In this document: one piece after another, positions 39,479 through 52,465 of the stretch
How positions within the stretch are numbered: position 1 is the stretch's first letter
Layout of the letters: every line of letters begins with the position of its first letter
Source of the DNA: Octopus sinensis
Taxonomy: Eukaryota
Length of the DNA: 64,000 bases
Direction: 5' to 3'
Assembly (NCBI RefSeq): GCF_006345805.1
Contig: NC_043015.1
Location: 50,344,001-50,408,000 of the forward strand
Notes under the pieces: generated by a model
Told to the model about the DNA's origin: nothing
Seen by the model: the letters and a program-made list of their open reading frames with translations, nothing else
Databases searched by the model: none
Made by a program: the position numbers and the translations under genes

Positions 39479-40790
39479 TTATCATCATCACCACCAATGC
39501 TACCACCACCACCACCATCACCACTGCCATCTCGACCACCACCATCACCATCACCACAATCATCATCATCATCAACATCATAATCTTATCATCACCACCA
39601 CTGCCGTCACCACCACCGCCGCCGCCACCTCCACCACCACCAATAATGACAAGCGAATGAGAAAAGCCTGACTCGCTAGAAACAACAACCAAACGTACCT
39701 AAAATCACACACATACACCATCACCTAAAACACCATCCTTAGCACCCCCACTGCTCTTCTCACCCTCACCTTCACTGAATGAGTCATCATCATCCCATCA
39801 TCAACATCAACTTCATTGTCCATTCAACAGATTAATGTGAAAGTGGCTGAGTACCCCACAAACACACGTACCCTTAACATAGTTCTTAGGGAGATTCAGC
39901 GTGACACAGAATGTGACAAATCTGGCCCTTTTGTATGACAGGTATCACTCGTTTTTGCTAGCTTTGAGTGGACTGGAGGAGCAATGTGAAGTAGAGTGTC
40001 TTGCTCAAGGACATACAATGTGGTGCTGGGAATTGAACTCACGACCTTGTGATCTTGAACCAAAAGTCCCTAACCACTGAGCCACGTGCCTGTCTGTCAT
40101 TAATACAACACAATCACCATTATCAATATCATCAACAGCAACATCACCATAATCACTACCACCACCACCACCACCACCAATGCTGCTGCTACTGCCACCA
40201 TCACCAATACCATTACCACCACCACCACCACTACCACTACCACCACCACTACCACTACCACTACTGTTGCCACCACTACCCATACCATCATTACCAATGC
40301 CCCCCAACATCACCAAAACCACCACCACCACCACTACCACCACCACTACCACTACCGTTGCCACCACTACCACTACTGTTGCCATCACTACCCATACCAT
40401 CACCACCAATGCCCCCCAACATCACCAAAACCACCACCACCACCACCACCACTACCACCATTGCCATCACTACCCACACTTTCACCACCAACGCCCCCAA
40501 CATCACCAAAATCACCACCACCACCACCACCACCATTGCTTCCACCACCACCATTGCCGCCACCACCACTACCCATACCATCACCATAAACATCACCAAA
40601 ACTACCACTATTGCCACCACCACCATCCATTGCTCACTAGATTCTGCCCCTCCACACTGGCACCTCTTCGTCTCCAAAGCCTACCCTATACTAACATCCT
40701 CAGCATCATCATCAATCATCATTGAAATCCTTCCCCACCCCCCACCCACACCAAAAACAACAGCAACAACAAAAACAACAACAATGACGT
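38100..40790. repeat. Trinucleotide low-complexity blocks (GAT/GGT at 38.1-38.55 kb; CAT/CAC at 39.3-39.65 and 40.1-40.8 kb)
   Basis: Degenerate triplet arrays. A ~80-110-bp higher-order unit CTACCCATACCATCA...CCCCCAACATCACCAAAA recurs at 40276, 40388, 40470 and 40569. A family E SINE lies at 39833-40090. Confidence 0.9.
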
Positions 40791-41014
40791 AAAGTAACAC
40801 GTGACACTTTTTACAATATTCTGATTGATAGAAAAATCTATCATCGTGGTACTTGGGGGATGGCAGGAGGGGGAGGAGGAGAGCTGGGGGAGGTGGGAGA
40901 AGGTAGAGGAGGAGGAGGAGGAGGAGGGGAGGGTGGGTGGTGGGAAGCTATGTTTGTTTTCTTCGTTATTGTTTTTGTTATTCAAAGTGTTTTGTTTTAA
41001 ATCAATAAGCAGAA

Positions 41015-41049
<35 letters not shown>

Positions 41050-41799
41050 AAGAGATGGGAGAGAGAGATAGAGAAAGAGAGAGAGAGAGAGAAGAGATGG
41101 GAGAGAGAGATAGAGAAAGAGAGAGAGAGAGATGGGTGAGATAAATAGAGAGAGAGAGAAGAGTGTTTTCAAAGCTCTATAATTTTCATGGAATAAGTGC
41201 AGCAGAGACAGATTTTTGCAACAATTATTAAAAAAAAAGAAGAAAAACCATAAAGCAAAAATAAACAAAAAAAACAATGCAAGCACAAAACAAAAACATT
41301 ACCTCTCCCCTCCCCCACCAAAAAGCCACTTTTTTCCCCTTAAATTTTTTTTTTGGTGTTCTAAACAATAATTTGACAAAGGAAACCCATTGAAACTGGA
41401 ATTCATGTTTTGTTTCAATAAGAGTTCTTCACCATTTCTAAAACTGTTCCACAAGTGTACTTCGTTAACCGCTAGGAAAATTAATTCCTCTGTTTCTACC
41501 TTAACGATGAAGGAACAAATAATGAGGTTTGGTTGTATTTTTTTTTTATCTCTCTCACCTGCTCTCCATCAATTCTGATTCCATGCATTCCACAGCCACA
41601 GTTTAATTAACAAAACTTTACAATAAGCCAACGGAGCCTGTACAGAGTATTTCAGCCTGCTAGAAATAGTGCTCAAATCAAACCCTACCTACATGCTGTA
41701 GGAAGGAAGGGCACTCATAGTCCTAGATATACATTGTCTTAGAAGGACACATTGAACAATAAATATTCCAAGATACACTATGTCTAAATAAGGTAAAGA

Positions 41800-42125
41800 C
41801 CCCCTTCAGTGATGACTGACCATGGGATTGCACCTAGAAAGTTCCCCTCCAAGGCACAAGTCCAGGAAAGGTTGTTTATGGAAGACCAGCAGTCGTCCAT
41901 ACCAGCCTCTACTCTCCATGCCACCAATATTGTCCAAGAGAAAGGTAAAGGGGTCAATACAGCTTGGCACCAGTGACATCACAACTCATTTCTATAGCTG
42001 AGTGGACTGAACATGAAATAAAGTGTCTTGCTCAAGAACATGACACACAGCCCAGTCTAGGAATCGAACTCACTACCTTATGATTGTGAGCCTGATGCTC
42101 TAACCACTGAGCCTCGTGCCTTCAC
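41800..42125 (-). mobile_element. SINE family D
   Basis: Reverse of the 14130 family; tRNA-like head CTCTAACCACTGAGCCTCGTGCCTTCAC at the right end. Confidence 0.82.
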
Positions 42126-42465
42126 ATGTTTAAATAATAATATGCATATAGTAATGTGAAAGCACATGGCTTAGAGGTTAGGGTGTTCAGCTTACGATTA
42201 TGAGGTTGACAGGAAAGCCCATGATAGTAAGAAGCTTGCTTCCCAACCACATGGTTCTCGGTTCAGTTCCACTGCATGACACCATCAACAAATGTGTTCT
42301 GAAATAGCCTCAGGCTGATCAAAGCCTTGTGAGGGATCTATGAAATGGAAAGTGAAAGAAGCTCATCATGTGTGTGTGCGTGTGTGTCCGTCCGGGATTC
42401 GAACTCACAACCTCACAATCGTACGCTCAACGTACTAACCACTGAGCCATATATATATATATATA

Positions 42466-42630
42466 GGGAGAGTTTACGAAAAAAACAAAGACGAAGACAG
42501 GTGGTGTACAAAACAAACAGATGTATTAGTATAATGCTCAGGAATAGAAAAAGTCTTTTATGTTTCGAGCCTATGCTCTTCTACAGAAAGGGACACAGAA
42601 AAAACAAGGAGAGAAAAAAATGTGTGTAGT
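42466..42630 (-). mobile_element. Penelope-like terminal-repeat fragment, family P2
   Basis: Homologous to 63376-63521. Both end GTAAACTCTCCC followed by (TA)n and carry a hammerhead-like motif. Confidence 0.65.
42555..42590 (-). ncRNA. Minimal hammerhead-like motif, variant core
   Basis: Minus strand CTTT-CTGTAGA-A-GAGC-ATAG-GCTC-GAAA-C-AT-A-AAAG. Confidence 0.45.
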
Positions 42631-43595
42631 GCCTAACGATCTATCAATGTATATGTGTGTCTGTGTTTGTCCTGCCACCATGATGCTGGTGTGCTTACGT
42701 TCCCATAACTTAGTAATTCTGCAAAAGGGACCGATAGAATAAGTACAAGGCTTACAAAGAATAAGTCCTGAGATCGATTTGTTTCGACTAAAGGAGGTGC
42801 TCCAGCATGGCCACAGTCAAATGACCGAAACTAGTAAAAGTATATAAAGAATTTCAAATTTTATTAGCAGCCATGGACAAAATATGGAGGAGGAATATTA
42901 TGAGTTTAAATAAGATGTCTTTTTTAGAAAAAGAATTCTCCAGAAAGAAATCTAATTAGTTGTCCATTTATCTGATTTAATGCATAAATTGGTTCCTCAA
43001 TTGATTTTTATTATATTTATAATGAGTTTCCCGTTATGATATAGAATTAACGATGAGGAGCAGTCAGAGGAGAGAGCTTATGAAGTGATGGCAAGTGGTT
43101 ATTTCATAGGTGTGGGTGGGGTGGGGGGAGCGGGTAGAGTTGTTTGAAAGACAAAAAAAAGAAAGAGAAGAAAACACGAGCAGCATGTTTGGGTCAGATG
43201 AAGACGAAATTGATGGATGATCAGTAAATATATGTCTTTTGGAGATGATCTCTCTCTCTATGCATGTGTGTGTGTTTGAGTACATGCATGCATGTGTGTG
43301 AATGTGTGTGTGTGTGTGTGTGTGTGTGATAGAGAGAGAGAGAGTCTGTGAAAAGGTAGATGGGCAAGAAAGAAGAAAGGGGGATGAAAGAAAGAGAAGA
43401 GAGAAATACACACACACACATGCAAATACACACACACATGCAAATACACACACACACACACACACGCATATATACGCACACAATCATTTAATGCATTTAA
43501 TGTCATGTTCCATCTGGGTATGCATATATATATAATTCATCATTATCATCGTATATATACATATATATAAAATTCATCATTATCATCATATATAT

Positions 43596-43628
<33 letters not shown>

Positions 43629-43633
43629 CATAC

Positions 43634-43684
<51 letters not shown>

Positions 43685-43685
43685 C

Positions 43686-43723
<38 letters not shown>

Positions 43724-44079
43724 AGAGAGAGTTTGCGAAAAAGATATATGAGTAAGTGAAAGATAAGCGGGAAGAAGGGAAGATAGCTAGATAAATAGAG
43801 ACAAACAGAGACAAAGAGAGAGAGAGAGAGCAACCTGTACATTCCTTCGCACGAGATGTGATTTATTTCTACTAAAAAAAAAAAAACACCCAACCATTTC
43901 CCAAGAATCCGCTCCATCATATATAAGAGATATTTTCCTCTAATATATATGTATTAGACACCTAACCTTCTCTCTTTCCTTCCACCCCTCCTGCACACTT
44001 TAAATATGGTGGTACATTTTATATATCATTACTCTGGTTGGAAAATACAAAATACAAATGTTACATAATAATAATAATA

Positions 44080-44120
<41 letters not shown>

Positions 44121-44384
44121 GTTACAGTTTGCAACATTTTTATTCTGTAGGTCAACTTGCCATTCTGCTTTCTTACTTTTCCCTTCCAAAAGTCAATCTT
44201 TCCTTCGCTCTTCCGTGTTTATGAATCTAGCTTTGTCTTTCTGCTCCGCCACGTTTTTGCGTCTGTTTTTTTTTTATTTTATTTCATTTTATTTTATTTT
44301 ATTTTATTTTATTTCAAAGATTCCAAGAACTGAAGTCAACACAAGCTCAGACTTGGTTATGTGGTTAAGAAGATTGCTTTGCAA

Positions 44385-44830
44385 AGGCGGCGAGCAGGCA
44401 GAAATGCTAGCACACTAGCGAAATGTTTAGCAGTATTTCATCTGTCTTTATGTTTTGAGTTCAAATTCCACCGAGGTCGACTTTGCCTTTCATCCCTTCA
44501 GGGTCGATAATTTAAGTACCAGTTACGCACTGGGGTCGATGTAATCGACTTAATCCCTTTGTCTGTCCTTGTTTGTCCCCTCTATGTTTAGCCCCTTTTG
44601 GGCAATAAAGAAATAAGAAACATTAGCAGGCCGGGCGAAATGCTTAGTGGTATTTCGTCTGTCTTTGTGTTCTGAGTTCAAATTCCGCCAAGGTCGACTT
44701 TGCCTTTTATCCCTTCGGGGTTGATAAATTAAGTACCTGTTACGCATTGGGGTCGATGTAATCGACTTAATCTCTTTGTCTGTCCTTGTTTGTCCTCTTT
44801 ATTTTAGACACTTGTGGGCAATAAAGAAAT
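44385..44830 (+). mobile_element. SINE family B dimer
   Basis: Two units joined at AAAGAAATA|AGAAACATTAGCAGGCCGGGCG (~44610). Confidence 0.88.
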
Positions 44831-45065
44831 AAGATCACTTTGCAACAGCAACCGTATGGTTTTCGGTTCAGTCCCACAGCACCACAGTGCCTTGTGAGGA
44901 GTTTTGACAGCTGGAAACTATGTGGAATCCCATTGTTCATATACGCATATATACCTACACATAAAAAGCCAGAAAAAGAAAAATTCTTGAGATTTGTGGA
45001 GACTTGTTGTCACCAAACATCACAATAAAATACCTCCTAACTAAATTAGCTTGAACAAGTGTAAT

Positions 45066-45482
45066 ACTCTCTTTACTTGTTTCAGTCGTTTGACTGCAGC
45101 CATGCTGGAGCACCGCCTTTAGTCAAGCAAATCGACCCCGGGACTTATTCTTTGTAAGCCCAGTATTTATTCTATCAGTCTCTTTTGCCGAACTGCTAAG
45201 TGACGGGGACGTAAACACACCAGCATCGGTTGTCAAGCAATGCTAGAGGGACAAACACAGACACACAAACATATATACACAAATACATATATATATATAT
45301 ATATATATATAAATATACACGACAGGCTTCTTTCAGTTTCTGTCTACCAAATCCATTCACAAGGCATTGGTCGGCCCGAGACTATAGCAGAAGACACTTG
45401 CCCAAGATGCCATGCAGTGGGACTGAACCTGGAACCATGTGGTTGGTAAGCAAGCTACTTACCACACAGCCACTCCTGCGCC

Positions 45483-45483
<1 letters not shown>
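45066..45483 (-). mobile_element. SINE family A
   Basis: Near-complete reverse copy ending CACTCCTGCGCC. Confidence 0.9.
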
Positions 45484-45527
<44 letters not shown>

Positions 45528-45528
<1 letters not shown>

Positions 45529-46052
45529 GATTTGACAGAGCAAAAATGTGGTATGAACATAAACCTGACGGCATCATTGAAAATGATAATGCAAAGATCT
45601 TATGGGATTTTATGATTCAGTGCGACCTTGAGATAGAAAATAAGAAACCAGACATAGTTACAATTGAGAAAGAAAGCAAACGATGCTGGATCATCGATAT
45701 AACATGCCCAGCAGGCAACAAGATATGTGATAAGGAAGAAAGAAAAGTTGATAGATATAACAGGTTAGCTTGGGAGGTTAAGCAGTTGTGGTCGCTGAAA
45801 AAGGTGGTAGTAGTACCAATAATTGTCAGAGCCCTGGGAACAGTGAGTAAAAATCTTGAGAAGTAGATGGAATAAATAGGGGCTGTAATAAGAGTGGAGC
45901 ACTTGCAGAAAACAGTACTGCTTGGAACTACTCGAATACTCCTGATGGTGCTCAAAAAATAAGGGTTGTTACCTTAGTTCACTGGTAGAGAACAGCTGAC
46001 ACTGTAGTACATCTCCAGAGTTAGAAGCTGTGCAAAGACGATAAATAATAAC
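45528..46052 (+). mobile_element. 5'-truncated Dong/R4-clade LINE (restriction-like endonuclease domain remnant plus 3' UTR)
   Basis: WYEHKPDGIIENDNAKILWDFMIQCDLEIENKKPDIVTIEKESKRCWIIDITCP...RYNRLAWEVKQLW...VVVPIIVRALGTVSKNLEK**...HLQKTVLLGTTRILLMVL: PD...D and LQK..LLGT motifs of R4-clade endonucleases, with in-frame stops. Directly preceded by (TAA)n and ends ATAAATAATAAC. Confidence 0.88.
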
Positions 46053-46325
46053 AATTCTTTCTACTAAAGGTACAAGGCCTAAAATTTGCAGTGGGGGAGG
46101 GTTAGTTGATTACATTGACCTCAGTGTATAACTGGTACTTATTTCATCAACCATAAAAGGATGAAAGGCAAAGTCAGACTTGGCAGAATTTGAACTCAGA
46201 ACATAAAGACAGACAAAATGTCTCTAAGCATTTTGCCTGGCATGCTAACAATTCTGCCAGTTTGCTGCTTTAACAACAACATAATAATAATAATAATAAT
46301 AATATAATAATAATAATAATAATAA

Positions 46326-46575
46326 TCCTTTCTATTATAGACACAAGTCCTGAAATTTGGGGGCAGGGAGATAATTGATTACATCGACCCCAGTACTCAA
46401 CAGGTACTTAATTTATCAACCCCAGAAAGATGAAAGGTAAATCTGAACTCAGAATGCAACTGAATTTGAACTCAGAACGTAGCGATGGGTGAAATACTGC
46501 TAAGCATTTCATCCAGTGTGCTAACAATTCGGCCAGCTCACCACCTTAACAACAACAACAACAACAACAATAATA

Positions 46576-46606
<31 letters not shown>

Positions 46607-46847
46607 CTTTCTATTATAGACACAAGTCCTGAAATTTGGGGGCAGGGAGATAATTGATTACATCGACCCCAGTACTCAACAGGTACTTAATTTATCAACC
46701 CCAGAAAGATGAAAGGTAAATCTGAACTCAGAATGCAACTGAATTTGAACTCAGAACGTAGCGATGGGTGAAATACTGCTAAGCATTTCATCCAGTGTGC
46801 TAACAATTCGGCCAGCTCACCACCTTAACAACAACAACAACAACAAC

Positions 46848-46883
<36 letters not shown>
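46326..46883 (-). repeat. Exact 279-bp tandem duplication of a family B SINE plus (CAA/TAA)n
   Basis: Units start at 46326 and 46605. The SINE portions appear identical by eye, including a private CTGAACTCAGAATGCAACTGAATTTG rearrangement. Confidence 0.92.
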
Positions 46884-46894
<11 letters not shown>

Positions 46895-47050
46895 TGATAA
46901 AATTTTGATGAGGCAGTCTTAGATATACCATGGTTGAAAATAAGATGTGAAGGCCATGGCAAGAACAATTTTGACACTGACCTGGAAGATTTACAACAGT
47001 AGCAACAACATTAATTGGTTCTGAAGTGTAGTGACCCCTCCATTTCTTAG

Positions 47051-47101
47051 CTTTCGATGACATTGTGTCTGATGCAAGAGAGAAGACCCAACCTGCTGAA
47101 C
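47051..47101 (+). CDS. Candidate internal exon (phase 1-1), unknown protein
   Basis: Acceptor CCCCTCCATTTCTTAG and donor AAC|GTAAGA; alternative in-frame donor GAG|GTGAGC at 47151/47152. Open frame FDDIVSDAREKTQPAE(RKKLSVYYTPALGCRLE). No homology recognised. Confidence 0.25.
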
Positions 47102-47830
47102 GTAAGAAGCTTAGTGTTTATTACACTCCAGCGCTTGGCTGCAGATTAGAGGTGAGCGAGATGCGGTTACTAGATTAAGCAATAGTTTTTAAGACTCAAT
47201 GGGCTTGCATGATCGCATCTATATTTCTGCTGATGCGTAAAACAACTAGGGAGTTATTAGAATCACGGCTGAAATAAAGGTAATGCTCTGTGTTCGGTAT
47301 ACCGTGAGACAAAGGAAACCTCCTTCTTCGAGTGAGAAAAAGAGAGAAAAAAACACCAACAAAGGAAGAAAGAAATAAACAAACAAACAAACACTGCCTA
47401 TAATGTTTAGTTTCTGCATTGCCTCACGGCACGCAAAAACATATACTTTTCTGCTACCGTTTTTTTTTCTTCTTTCGTGTGTGTTTTCGGTTAAATTCTC
47501 AATCTGATTCATACAAAATATAGACACTTACTAACATACCAATTCTAGCGACTATCATAATATTCGCAGAAGTATAGCATAAAAATAATATCCAATTCCA
47601 TTAGAAACTTGAAGCAGAACTTTTCCTTCCTCCAAGATATTAACATAGTTTTATAGTATATTTTACAAGATTACCGAAGCAGCCGAGCCTTTTCCTCTCG
47701 CTGCTCACTCAAATATGTATGCACACATGCGTGCATGCATGCACACGTGTTTATGTGCGTGTGAAATGTCTATATGCATGTGTTGGTGTAATTCGGTTAG
47801 CCGAATATTGTTTCTCTGCTTCCAAAACAG

Positions 47831-47883
47831 CCTCCGAAGAACACGAATTAGAGTATTTCTATTATGTAGTTTACACAACATTG
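47831..47883 (+). CDS. Candidate internal exon, unknown protein
   Basis: Acceptor TTGTTTCTCTGCTTCCAAAACAG and donor TTG|GTGAGA. Phase-1 frame SEEHELEYFYYVVYTTL is compatible with 47051-47101. Confidence 0.22.
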
Positions 47884-47989
47884 GTGAGATTATTGGCTGC
47901 TGTTTATAAGCAATATTGAGTTTAAAATGTCTGTTGGAACCAGTTGACTACTTCTGGAGATTTCCAGCTTCGGGAGGGAATATTGTTGT

Positions 47990-49035
47990 TGTTGTTGTTG
48001 CTGTTGTTGTTATTTTTTAATATTGGTTGGGGGGATGTTGGTGTTGGAGCTGTTGGAGACAGAGATGGTGGTGGTGTGAGAGATGGTTGTTGTTGTTGGT
48101 GGTGGTGGTGTTGGAGGTAGTGTTGGTGATGGTGATGGAAGTGGTGGTGCTGGATGGAGATGGTGGTGGTGGTAGTGGTGATGGTGTTGGAGGTAGTGTT
48201 GGTGATGATGATAGTGATGGTGTTGGAGATGGTGGTGGTGTTGCAGATGGTGATGGTGTTGGTGATAGTAGTGGGTGGTAGTGGTGTTGGAGGTAGTGTT
48301 GGTGATGGAGGTGGTGCTGGAGATGGTGATGGTAGTGCTGGAGATGGTGGTGATGGTAGTGGTGATGGTGTTGGAGGTAGTGTTGTGATGGAGATGGTGT
48401 TGGAGATGGTGGTGTTGGAGATGATGATGTAATAGCGGTGGTGGTGTTGGAGGTAGTGTTGGTGATGGTGTTGGAGATCGTGATGGTAGTGGAGTTGGAG
48501 ATAGTAGTGGGTGGTAGTGGTGTGGTGTGGTGGTGGTGGTGTGGTGGTGGTGGTGTTGGAGATGGTTGTAGATGGCGTTAGAGATTGTAGTGCTGGTGGT
48601 AGAAGAGATGGTGGTGCTGATGTTGGAGATGGTTTTGGTGGTAGTGTTAGTGGTGGAGACGGCAGTGGAGGCGTTGGTGGTAGTGGCGGTGGTGGTGGCA
48701 GTACTGGTGTTAACAATCATCTCGGTATTAGTGACTGTTATAGTAGTGTTAGTGTAAATGGTATTGATGGTGCTGGGGGTGGTGGTGGTGTTGTTGGTAG
48801 TAGTGGTGGTGGTGCAGGTGGTGACAACAGTGTTAGGTGATGGTCATGGAGATGATGGTTGTGGTGGTGTTGATAGAGGTGGTGCCGATCGTTTCATTGG
48901 TGCAAGTGCTTGTTGTAGTGGTGGTGGTAGTTGCTGTGATAATGGTATTGGTGGTAACGTTAGGGGTGATACTTGTGGTGGTACTGAAGTGGTTGTGGTA
49001 GTGGTATTGATGGTGGTGGTAGTGGTGGTGGTGTC
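47990..49035. repeat. Degenerate (GGT/GAT/GTT)n low-complexity tract
   Basis: Triplet-based array with recurring GGTGTTGGAGGTAGTGTTGGTGATG. Confidence 0.9.
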
Positions 49036-49149
49036 GGCGCTTCTAGAAAAATGGTTATTGACTTTATAAGAAATCAATGAATGGATATTACAATAGCTGC
49101 TGTCTTCGTTCTGTTCAATAATCAACGAGAACAACTGACGGATGGGCCT

Positions 49150-49990
49150 GACAGGTAGACAGGTAGACAGGTAGACACACAGACAGAAAGGCAGACAGAC
49201 ACAGACAGATAGGTAGATAGACAGACACATAGGCAGGCAGAAAGACACACATTCAGGCAGACTGACACTGCTAGGCAGACTGACACACACAGACATGCAG
49301 ACAGGTAGATAGACACACAGACAAGCAGACAGGCAGGGAGACACATAGGCAGACAGGTAGACAGACATGCAGACAGACATACAGGCAGGCAGACAGATAC
49401 ACAGACATGCAGACAGGTAGATAGACACACAGACAGGCAGGGAGACACATAGGCAGACATGCAGACAGACATACAGGCAGGCAGACAGATACATAGACAG
49501 GCAGACACATAGGGAGACAGGTAGACAGATACACAGACATACAGGCAGGCAGACACACAGACAGGCAGACAGACACACTGACAGGCAGATAGACATGCAG
49601 ACAGACACACAGACAAGCAGACAGACAGGTAGACACAGAGACGGGTAGACATACAGACAGGCAGACAGACACACTGACAGGCAGATGGACATGCAGACAG
49701 ACACACTGACAAGCAGACAGACACACAGACTGGTAGACAGGCACACAGACAGGTAGACAGGCACACAGACAGGTAGACAGACACACTGACAGGCAGATAG
49801 ACACACTGACAGACAGATGGACATGCAGACAGACACACAGACAAGCAGACAGACAGGCAGATGGACATGCAGACAGACACACAGATAAGCAGACAGACAC
49901 ACAGACAGGCAGACAGACACACAGGCAGGGAGATAGACATACAGACAGACATAGAGACAGGCAGGCAGGCAGGCCTGCAGGCAGACAGAG
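49150..49990. repeat. Degenerate (GACA/GGCA)n satellite
   Basis: Tetranucleotide-derived; source of the 390/306/245-aa C/L/S/V pseudo-ORFs. Confidence 0.93.
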
Positions 49991-50899
49991 TGAAATAACT
50001 CCCAACAAGTACGCAAACCAATATATCTACCATACAGAACACCAGAAGCTAACCTGGTTACAGGACTTCAATGATAAGCAAAACAAAGAACAGATAAATA
50101 ATGTAAATAATTATAAATACCCCCAAAAAATCTAAGTAAATAAAATTAAAGCGTTATATAAAAAAATATCAAAGAACATAATAATTGTGGAATTCATTCT
50201 TTTTGGCATTGATTTTCATGTAGAAAAATTTTCTGCTCTCAATATAGCTTCTGTTTCGGGTTATTATCTAATTTCTTTCTGAGTTATTTATCTGAATTTC
50301 CTAATTTACTTCAGGAATAATCATAAATGGTCTGTTGATATTTAAAATCTCTTATTCAAATAAATAAGAATGCCATTGCAATAAAATAACTGATATAAAA
50401 GAGATAAATGATAAATAAATATAAATATGTATATATGTATATATATGAAAAAATGTATTTGTAGAAAAAAAATTAAAAAACAAAAGCGATTACAAAACAA
50501 GGAAAAACAAAGCAAAACAAAACAAAACAAAAACGAGATAAGTTATTTTATGAAATAGTTTTATAATTAATTCAATTTTCCAGAATTTCAAAGAGAAAAG
50601 CTTCCATTCAACATTGATTGAAATTCTTCGAATTAGATTTTGAAATGAAAAATGGTTCAGTTTAGAACAGAATTTTTGCAGGAATAAATTCAATGAAAAT
50701 CAAAGAATTCTAGTTGGAACATTAAACTCCACAGATACATTTTAAAACCAATGTAATGCAGTTTTGGAAATAAAATTTCTTCATATTTAATAAAATTTGT
50801 ATCAAAGCTAGAAGGAATTTGGTTTGAATTTTATTGGTTGTTGTTTTGAATTCGGTTGTCCTGGAATGTCTTAAGACTGGACAGATTTGAGGAGGAATG

Positions 50900-50958
50900 A
50901 CAGATAGATAAATAAGGTGACGGAGGGACAAACAAATATATAGACAAACAGACACACG

Positions 50959-51012
<54 letters not shown>

Positions 51013-51099
51013 CAGATAGATAGATAGACGGATAGACAGACAGATAGATAGATAGATAAATAGATAGACAAACAGATAGACAGATAGATAGATAGATAA

Positions 51100-51132
<33 letters not shown>

Positions 51133-51142
51133 CAGATGGATG

Positions 51143-51175
<33 letters not shown>

Positions 51176-51245
51176 AGAGACAGATAGATAGATAGACAGA
51201 TGGATAGATAGACACACAGATAGACAGATCGATAGATAGATTGAC

Positions 51246-51276
<31 letters not shown>

Positions 51277-51385
51277 TAGACAGATGGATAGATAGACAGA
51301 CGGTTAGATAGACAGACAGACAGGTAGATAGATCGATAGATAGACAGACAGATAGATAGATAGAGAGATAGAGAGATAGATAAAG

Positions 51386-51443
<58 letters not shown>

Positions 51444-51715
51444 TCAGATAGATACATAGATATATAGATAGACAGAGAGAGAGATAGACAGACAGATAGA
51501 CAGATAGATAGACAGATAGACAGACAGCTAGATAGATAGATAGATAAACAATGTATATATGGCACAATGGGTATGAGGCACAATGAGCGTGCAGCATAAT
51601 ATACATGAGGAACAAAGGATATGAGGCACAATGGGCATGAGGTATAATGTGCACCAGGCACAATGGCATGAGGCACAATGGGTTGAGGTACAGTGGGTGT
51701 GATGCACAGTGGTGA
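50900..51715. repeat. (GATA/GACA)n satellite followed by a ~16-bp minisatellite (GAGGCACAATGGGCAT-like, 51555-51715)
   Basis: Direct inspection of the periodicity. Confidence 0.9.
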
Positions 51716-51825
51716 ACTACAGGTTATATAGTCATAATTAGTAAAGTGGGTATTAATATATTTAACGCAGTGATACTTTAATTAATTAAAATGACATCCG
51801 TAATGAGAAGAAGCAATCATTATCT

Positions 51826-52013
51826 GAGAAAAGCTGCAATAACAGTTAGACTGTGTTTTGCTGATGAGGTTCCATAGGGCTGAAACATTCTCATGGTTAT
51901 CTCTGTATTATAACGAAAGAGAAAACTCACTCCTCACTTCTTTTTGTATTTTTAATTAATTTTAATCAATTTAAATTCTAAGGGTTGTCTTCTTTGCTTT
52001 TTCTGGACCAGAG
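51826..52013 (+). mobile_element. Penelope-like terminal-repeat fragment, family P1, with hammerhead-like motif
   Basis: ~185-bp unit homologous end-to-end with 62579-62765 (-). Contains CTGATGA (51861-51867)-GGTTCCATAGGGCT-GAAA (51882-51885)-CATT. Confidence 0.65.
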
Positions 52014-52465
52014 CTAGTCATCAACATAAAAACACATTCTTTTAATAATCAATCAAAGAAGGCTGTAAAAATTATAATTATAACCATTGATGATTACAGA
52101 GATAAAATTTGTTGGTTCACTACAATTATGCATGCTACCACCCACTTTACTACTTGTTTTTCATGCAGCGGGCATCCCTGAGTATTCATGTTTTCCCTCT
52201 CTCTCTTTCCACTCTTTCTCTACGGCCTTTGATCTCATGACTATATTATCTTATTATTACTGCTTAAATCTTATTACTGTTAACATGTTTTGCTATTTAG
52301 CAAAGCAGTTAATTCTCTTTGCTCCAATTTATGTCCCCGCCCCCGAACAAAGTCCTGCCTTCCCACTCACACCCACTCCCTTCCTCCTTCCCTCTATCTC
52401 TTCAGCAAACAAACAAGTGTTACTCCTATTTCGGGCAGTTAGCAATAGAGGAGTATCCAGCTGTT

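Noticed and set aside
48844-50042. Longest ORFs (390, 306 and 245 aa) and the Pro/His/Thr-rich ORFs at 40049-40792 and 47922-48720
   Set aside because: They lie wholly in GACA- and GGT/CAC-type satellites that lack stop codons by composition.
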